DNA from: Anaerolineales bacterium
GTDB lineage: Bacteria; Chloroflexota; Anaerolineae; Anaerolineales; UBA11579
Direction: 5' to 3'
Length of the DNA: 64,000 bases
Assembly: GCA_021463845.1 (NCBI GenBank)
Contig: JAJTXV010000001.1
Location: 646,174 to 710,173 of the forward strand
Numbering within the stretch: position 1 is the stretch's first letter; each line of letters opens with the position of its first letter. Both the position numbers and the translations under genes were made by a program. Shown here piece after piece: positions 60,956 to 64,000 of the stretch. The notes beneath the pieces were generated by a model. That model was not told the DNA's origin. It did no database searches and saw nothing but the letters and a program-made list of their open reading frames with translations.

Positions 60956-62224
60956 TTAGCCAGTGATCCTTTCTATGCCACCCATCCAGGGCCGCAGCAC
61001 TTCAGGCACTATTACCGAGCCGTCAGCCTGCTGGTAGTTCTCCAGCACGCCGATCAGCGTCCGCGGCAGGCCCAGGCCGGAGCCGTTGATGGTGTGCAAA
61101 AAGCGGCTGCCCTTCTCGCCGCTGGGGCGGTACTTGATGGCCGCCCGGCGGGCTTGAAAATCGCCTACACGAGATATAGACGAAACTTCGAGCCATTCGT
61201 TGCACCCAGCCGCCCATATCTCGATGTCGTAGCTGATATGGGCCGACTCGCTGGTGTCGCCGGCTGCTTTCAGCAGCAGGCGGTACGGCAGGCCCAGCGC
61301 CTGGCAGGTGGCCTCGGCATCCGCCACCATCTGCTCGAACTCGGCCTCGGATTGCTCGGGCGTGGTGAACTTGTACATTTCTACCTTATCGAACTGATGA
61401 CCACGCTTAATGCCGCGCACATCCCGCCCGGCGCTCATCTTCTCGCGGCGGAAGCACGGCGAATAGGCCGTATAGCGCAGCGGCAGTTGCTCCTCGGCCA
61501 GGATCTGGTCCATGTGCAGCCCGGTCAGCGGAACTTCGGCGGTGGGGATCATGTACAGGTCTTCTTCGGCATCCTTGTACAGGTTGTCCTTGAACTTAGG
61601 CAGCTGACCGGCGCCGTACAGTGTCTCACCCTTGACCATGAAGGGCGTGTATTTCTCGGTATAGCCCTGGCGGGCGTGCAAATCCAGCATCCAGGCGATC
61701 AGTGCACGCTGCAAGCGGGCGCCGGCCCCGCTGAGCACGTAGAAGCGGCTGCCGGTGACCCGCACCCCGGCATCAAAATCAATGATGCCGAGCTGCTCGC
61801 CCAGCTCCCAGTGCGGCTTGGGCTCAAAATCGAAGGCGGGCTTGCCACCCCACTCCTTGGCGACGATGTTGTTCTCCTCACCGCCGGCTGGCACTTTATC
61901 CTCGACGAGATTGGGGATGACCGAGATGGCTGCGTCAAAATCTGCATCCACAGCAGCCAATTCCGCATCGAGCGCGGCGATCTTGTCACCAACGACACGC
62001 ATATCTGCAATGCGGGCGTCTTTGGCGGCCTTGTCCTGCATGGCGCTGATCTCTTTGGAGACCACGTTGCGCTCGGCTTTCAGCGCTTCGACCCCTTTGA
62101 GCAGGTCACGCCGGCGGGCGTCCAGCCCGGCGGCCTGGTCCACCAGGGCCGGGTCCATGTTGCGTTTGACCAGGCTGGCCTTGACCAGCTCAGGCTCTTC
62201 ACGAATGAGATTAATATCCAGCAT
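60956..62224 (-). CDS. serS: Seryl-tRNA synthetase
   Basis: 422 aa. MLDINLIRE...V is followed by the coiled-coil arm and the class II motifs (FRRE, GLHMDQIL, TINGSGLGLPRTL). Confidence 0.96.
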   Translation of the reverse strand: MLDINLIREEPELVKASLVKRNMDPALVDQAAGLDARRRDLLKGVEALKAERNVVSKEISAMQDKAAKDARIADMRVVGDKIAALDAELAAVDADFDAAISVIPNLVEDKVPAGGEENNIVAKEWGGKPAFDFEPKPHWELGEQLGIIDFDAGVRVTGSRFYVLSGAGARLQRALIAWMLDLHARQGYTEKYTPFMVKGETLYGAGQLPKFKDNLYKDAEEDLYMIPTAEVPLTGLHMDQILAEEQLPLRYTAYSPCFRREKMSAGRDVRGIKRGHQFDKVEMYKFTTPEQSEAEFEQMVADAEATCQALGLPYRLLLKAAGDTSESAHISYDIEIWAAGCNEWLEVSSISRVGDFQARRAAIKYRPSGEKGSRFLHTINGSGLGLPRTLIGVLENYQQADGSVIVPEVLRPWMGGIERITG

Positions 62225-62465
62225 GTTCGCTCCTTAACAAAAAACGCCCCATTCCTTTGCAGGACGGGGGCGCCGTGGTGCCACCTGCATTCGTGCCCGC
62301 CAGCTTTCGGCGCACACCTCGATGCTCGCGTTATCGGGCGAAACCCGTTGCCTTTGCGCTGCTGCGCAGCGCGGCGGAGTGGAAAGCGGGCGGTCTCTGC
62401 TGCCTTGCATCGTCCGGCAGCTTGCTGGGAGAGAGTGTGCTCGCGTAGTTCCGCAGGCGAATAAT
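62225..62465 (-). promoter_or_regulatory. T-box riboswitch leader of serS (transcription attenuation type)
   Basis: Minus strand. The antiterminator is GCAGG-UGGCACC-ACGG-CGCCC-CCGU-CCUGC (62288-62259). It is mutually exclusive with the terminator GGCGCCCC...GGGGCG + U6 (62274-62239). The Stem I-like hairpin is UCUCU/AGAGA and CUGCC/GGCAG, with a 5' bulge CCCAGCAAG and an 11-nt loop GGACGAUGCAA (62434-62394). UCC-A lies at 62383-62380. Confidence 0.8.
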
Positions 62466-62467
62466 TG

Positions 62468-62476
62468 ATTATAGCA
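62468..62476 (-). promoter_or_regulatory. Extended -10 promoter element (TGCTATAAT) for the serS leader
   Basis: The minus strand reads TGCTATAAT. No good -35 is visible. Confidence 0.5.
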
Positions 62477-62487
62477 GAGAAGCTACG

Positions 62488-62856
62488 CTGCGCGCATTGT
62501 CATTCCGAACGAGCTGCGTAGCAGCGAGGAGGATGACTGAACAACAAGTCCGTCATTGCGAGAATGCTGAAAGTTGCATGCGATGCAACTTTCAGCCTCG
62601 AAGCAATCTAGGTTTATGTTCCAGAAGCTAACCCAGATTGCCACGCACACAGGCCGCAAGCGGCCTGTGGCTCGCAATGACGAAAAAGACTTCACTGGGT
62701 CGGAAAGAATGGAGCAATGGAGCTAGCAATAAATCCGTCATTGTGAGAGAGGCCGCATGCCAATGCGGCCGACCGAAGCAATCTGGGTTTATTTTCCAGC
62801 AGCTAACCCAGATTGCCACGCACACAGGCCGCAAGCGGCCTGTGGCTCGCAATGAC
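62488..62856. repeat. Repeat block: one GTCATTCC...GGATGAC hairpin plus a 185-bp tandem duplication of a composite palindromic unit
   Basis: Unit 1 is 62552-62681 and unit 2 is 62737-62856. Each reads GTCATTG(C/T)GAG-hairpin-GAAGCAATCT(A/G)GGTTTAT(G/T)TTCCAG(A/C)AGCTAACCCAGATTGCCACGCACACAGGCCGCAAGCGGCCTGTGGCTCGCAATGAC. The 3' halves are nearly identical, while the first hairpins differ. Confidence 0.85.
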
Positions 62857-62875
62857 GGGAACAGCCGGGTGAGGG

Positions 62876-63085
62876 TTACTTCCTAAACGCCAGCACAGCG
62901 TCCTTCAACGCCTTTCGCAAGGTGGGCATCGAAGCTGGCCCCACCCCATGCAGCGCCAGAATCTCTTTCTCGGTGTACTTAGCCAGTTTGGTAAGTGTGT
63001 TGATGCCGGCGTGCTCCAGTGCGCTGCGTGCCGGGTTGGACAGCTGCGCCAGAAAAGCGCTAGCGGGCTTTTTCTGCGCGGCCAC
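62876..63085 (-). CDS. Small helix-hairpin-helix protein (RNA polymerase alpha-CTD-like)
   Basis: 69 aa. L....AR..L...GI.TL..L......E.L.L.G.G......L...L is an HhH pattern. The GTG start overlaps the lysS stop by 1 nt. Confidence 0.5.
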   Translation of the reverse strand: MAAQKKPASAFLAQLSNPARSALEHAGINTLTKLAKYTEKEILALHGVGPASMPTLRKALKDAVLAFRK

Positions 63086-64000
63086 TACTCCCCTTCGCGC
63101 TTACGCAGGTGCGGGAACAGGATGACTTCACGGATATTGGGTTGGTCGGTGAACAGCATAGTGATGCGGTCAATGCCCATGCCAAAGCCGCCGTTGGGCG
63201 GCATGCCATAGCGCATGGCCCGCAAATAGTCTTCGTCCATCGGGTGCAGGTCTTCGTCGCCAGCCTTGAGGCTGCGGCCCATCTCTTCGAAGCGGGCCTG
63301 CTGATCCAGCGGGTCGTTGAGTTCGCTGAAGGCGTTGCAAATCTCAAAGCCGCCCATGTAGCCTTCGAAGCGCTCCACCGTGCTGGCATCGCCCGGCTGG
63401 CTCTTGGCCAGCGGCGAGACTTCGCGCGGGTAGTCGTACAGGAAGCTGGGCTGGATCAGGCGCGGCTCCACATGGTCGCCCACCAGGTCCTCGATCAGCT
63501 TGCCGCGGCTGCCGCCGGCGCGCACTTTGTATTTCTTCTCGGCCATCACTTTGGAGAGGCTGGCCGCGTCGGGATACTTGCTCAGGTCAATCCCGGCGAA
63601 CTCCTGCACGGCATCCGCGATCGAGATGCGCGGCCAGGCATTCGCCAGGTCGATCGCATGGCCCTGGTAGCTGAACTTGCTGCCGCCCAGCACCTGCTTG
63701 CCGACGAAGTTCATCATCTCTTCCGTAAATTCCATCACACGCTGGTAGTCGGCATACGCCATGTAAAACTCCAGCATGGTGAACTCAGGATTATGGGTGC
63801 GGTCCACGCCTTCGTTGCGGAAGTCGCGCCCGATCTCATACACACGCTCGATCCCGCCCACCAGCAGGCGCTTGAGATACAGCTCGAAAGAGATACGCAG
63901 GTACAGATCCTGCTTGAGCTGGTTGTGGTGAGTGACGAACGGCCGCGCCGCTGCGCCGCCGTACACTGGCTGCAGCACAGGCGTCTCGACTTCGAGGAAG
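63085..64000 (-). CDS. lysS: Lysyl-tRNA synthetase (class II), C-terminal part; 5' end beyond window
   Basis: The frame is open to the window edge ([21 protein letters not shown]...). FRNEG.D..HNPEFT.LE.Y.AY.DY and the C-terminal GMGIDR..M are LysRS motifs. Confidence 0.93.
   Translation of the reverse strand, partial: FLEVETPVLQPVYGGAAARPFVTHHNQLKQDLYLRISFELYLKRLLVGGIERVYEIGRDFRNEGVDRTHNPEFTMLEFYMAYADYQRVMEFTEEMMNFVGKQVLGGSKFSYQGHAIDLANAWPRISIADAVQEFAGIDLSKYPDAASLSKVMAEKKYKVRAGGSRGKLIEDLVGDHVEPRLIQPSFLYDYPREVSPLAKSQPGDASTVERFEGYMGGFEICNAFSELNDPLDQQARFEEMGRSLKAGDEDLHPMDEDYLRAMRYGMPPNGGFGMGIDRITMLFTDQPNIREVILFPHLRKREGE

Noticed and set aside
62300-62445. Alternative T-box Stem I pairing GCACACU (62440-62434) with GGUGUGC (62318-62312), with AGC-A, UCG-A or AUC-G as specifier
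   Set aside because: This pairing would enclose about 115 nt, which is too long for Stem I, and would place the specifier after elements that look like Stem II/III. AUC (Ile) would contradict the serS context. The UCC-A immediately 3' of the distal hairpin fits better, though the specifier remains unproven.
60380-62464. 694-aa ORF on the plus strand, the longest unexplained ORF in the track
   Set aside because: It lies antisense to DUF456 and serS, which both have unmistakable family signatures. Its translation is low-complexity and Arg/Gly/Ala/His-rich with no motif, as is typical for antisense frames in high-GC DNA.

Overview
This is a 64-kb high-GC bacterial chromosomal segment; most genes look above 60% G+C by eye. 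The gene content, the Lys-rich protein tails and at least four families of short palindromic intergenic repeats suggest a Chloroflexota-type genome, but that is inference only. About 60 protein genes are supported.

Housekeeping content:
- Chromosome maintenance: an scpA fragment, smc and rnc.
- Translation: rpsF, ssb, rpmF, prfB with its programmed +1 frameshift (missed by the ORF track), serS behind a T-box leader, a lysS fragment and tRNA-Asp(GTC).
- Lipid synthesis: fabF and fabD.
- Molybdopterin synthesis: moaC and a fused moaD-moaE.
- Central metabolism: an E1 alpha/beta fusion, citrate synthase and a class II aldolase.
- Regulators: AraC/GyrI, PadR and an ECF sigma/anti-sigma pair.

Accessory-looking parts:
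- A single-gene AT-rich island encoding a membrane lamin-tail-domain protein (18.9-20.0 kb).
- A tightly coupled GcvT-like / two CrtI-like flavoprotein / GNAT operon (25.3-30.2 kb).
- A lower-GC prenyltransferase / GT2 / GT-C / methyltransferase cluster with a frameshifted gene (47.5-54 kb).
- A DUF3892 islet and an SPFH-HTH fusion (55.3-57.3 kb).

The most interesting locus is 37.8-45.3 kb. It holds two convergent two-gene modules. Each pairs a DUF2207-like membrane protein with a radical-SAM paralogue that carries an N-terminal PqqD/RRE-like domain.
- One paralogue is an intact radical SAM/SPASM enzyme. The other has lost every Fe-S cysteine and looks like a pseudoenzyme.
- A Cys-rich low-complexity tail sits on the membrane protein in one module (CACACAGCACACAG) and on the enzyme in the other (GGGCSGCSGSCG).
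- A hicB-hicA pair lies between the modules, and a divergent methyltransferase flanks them.

All functional calls come from reading motifs in the translations. No database search was possible.
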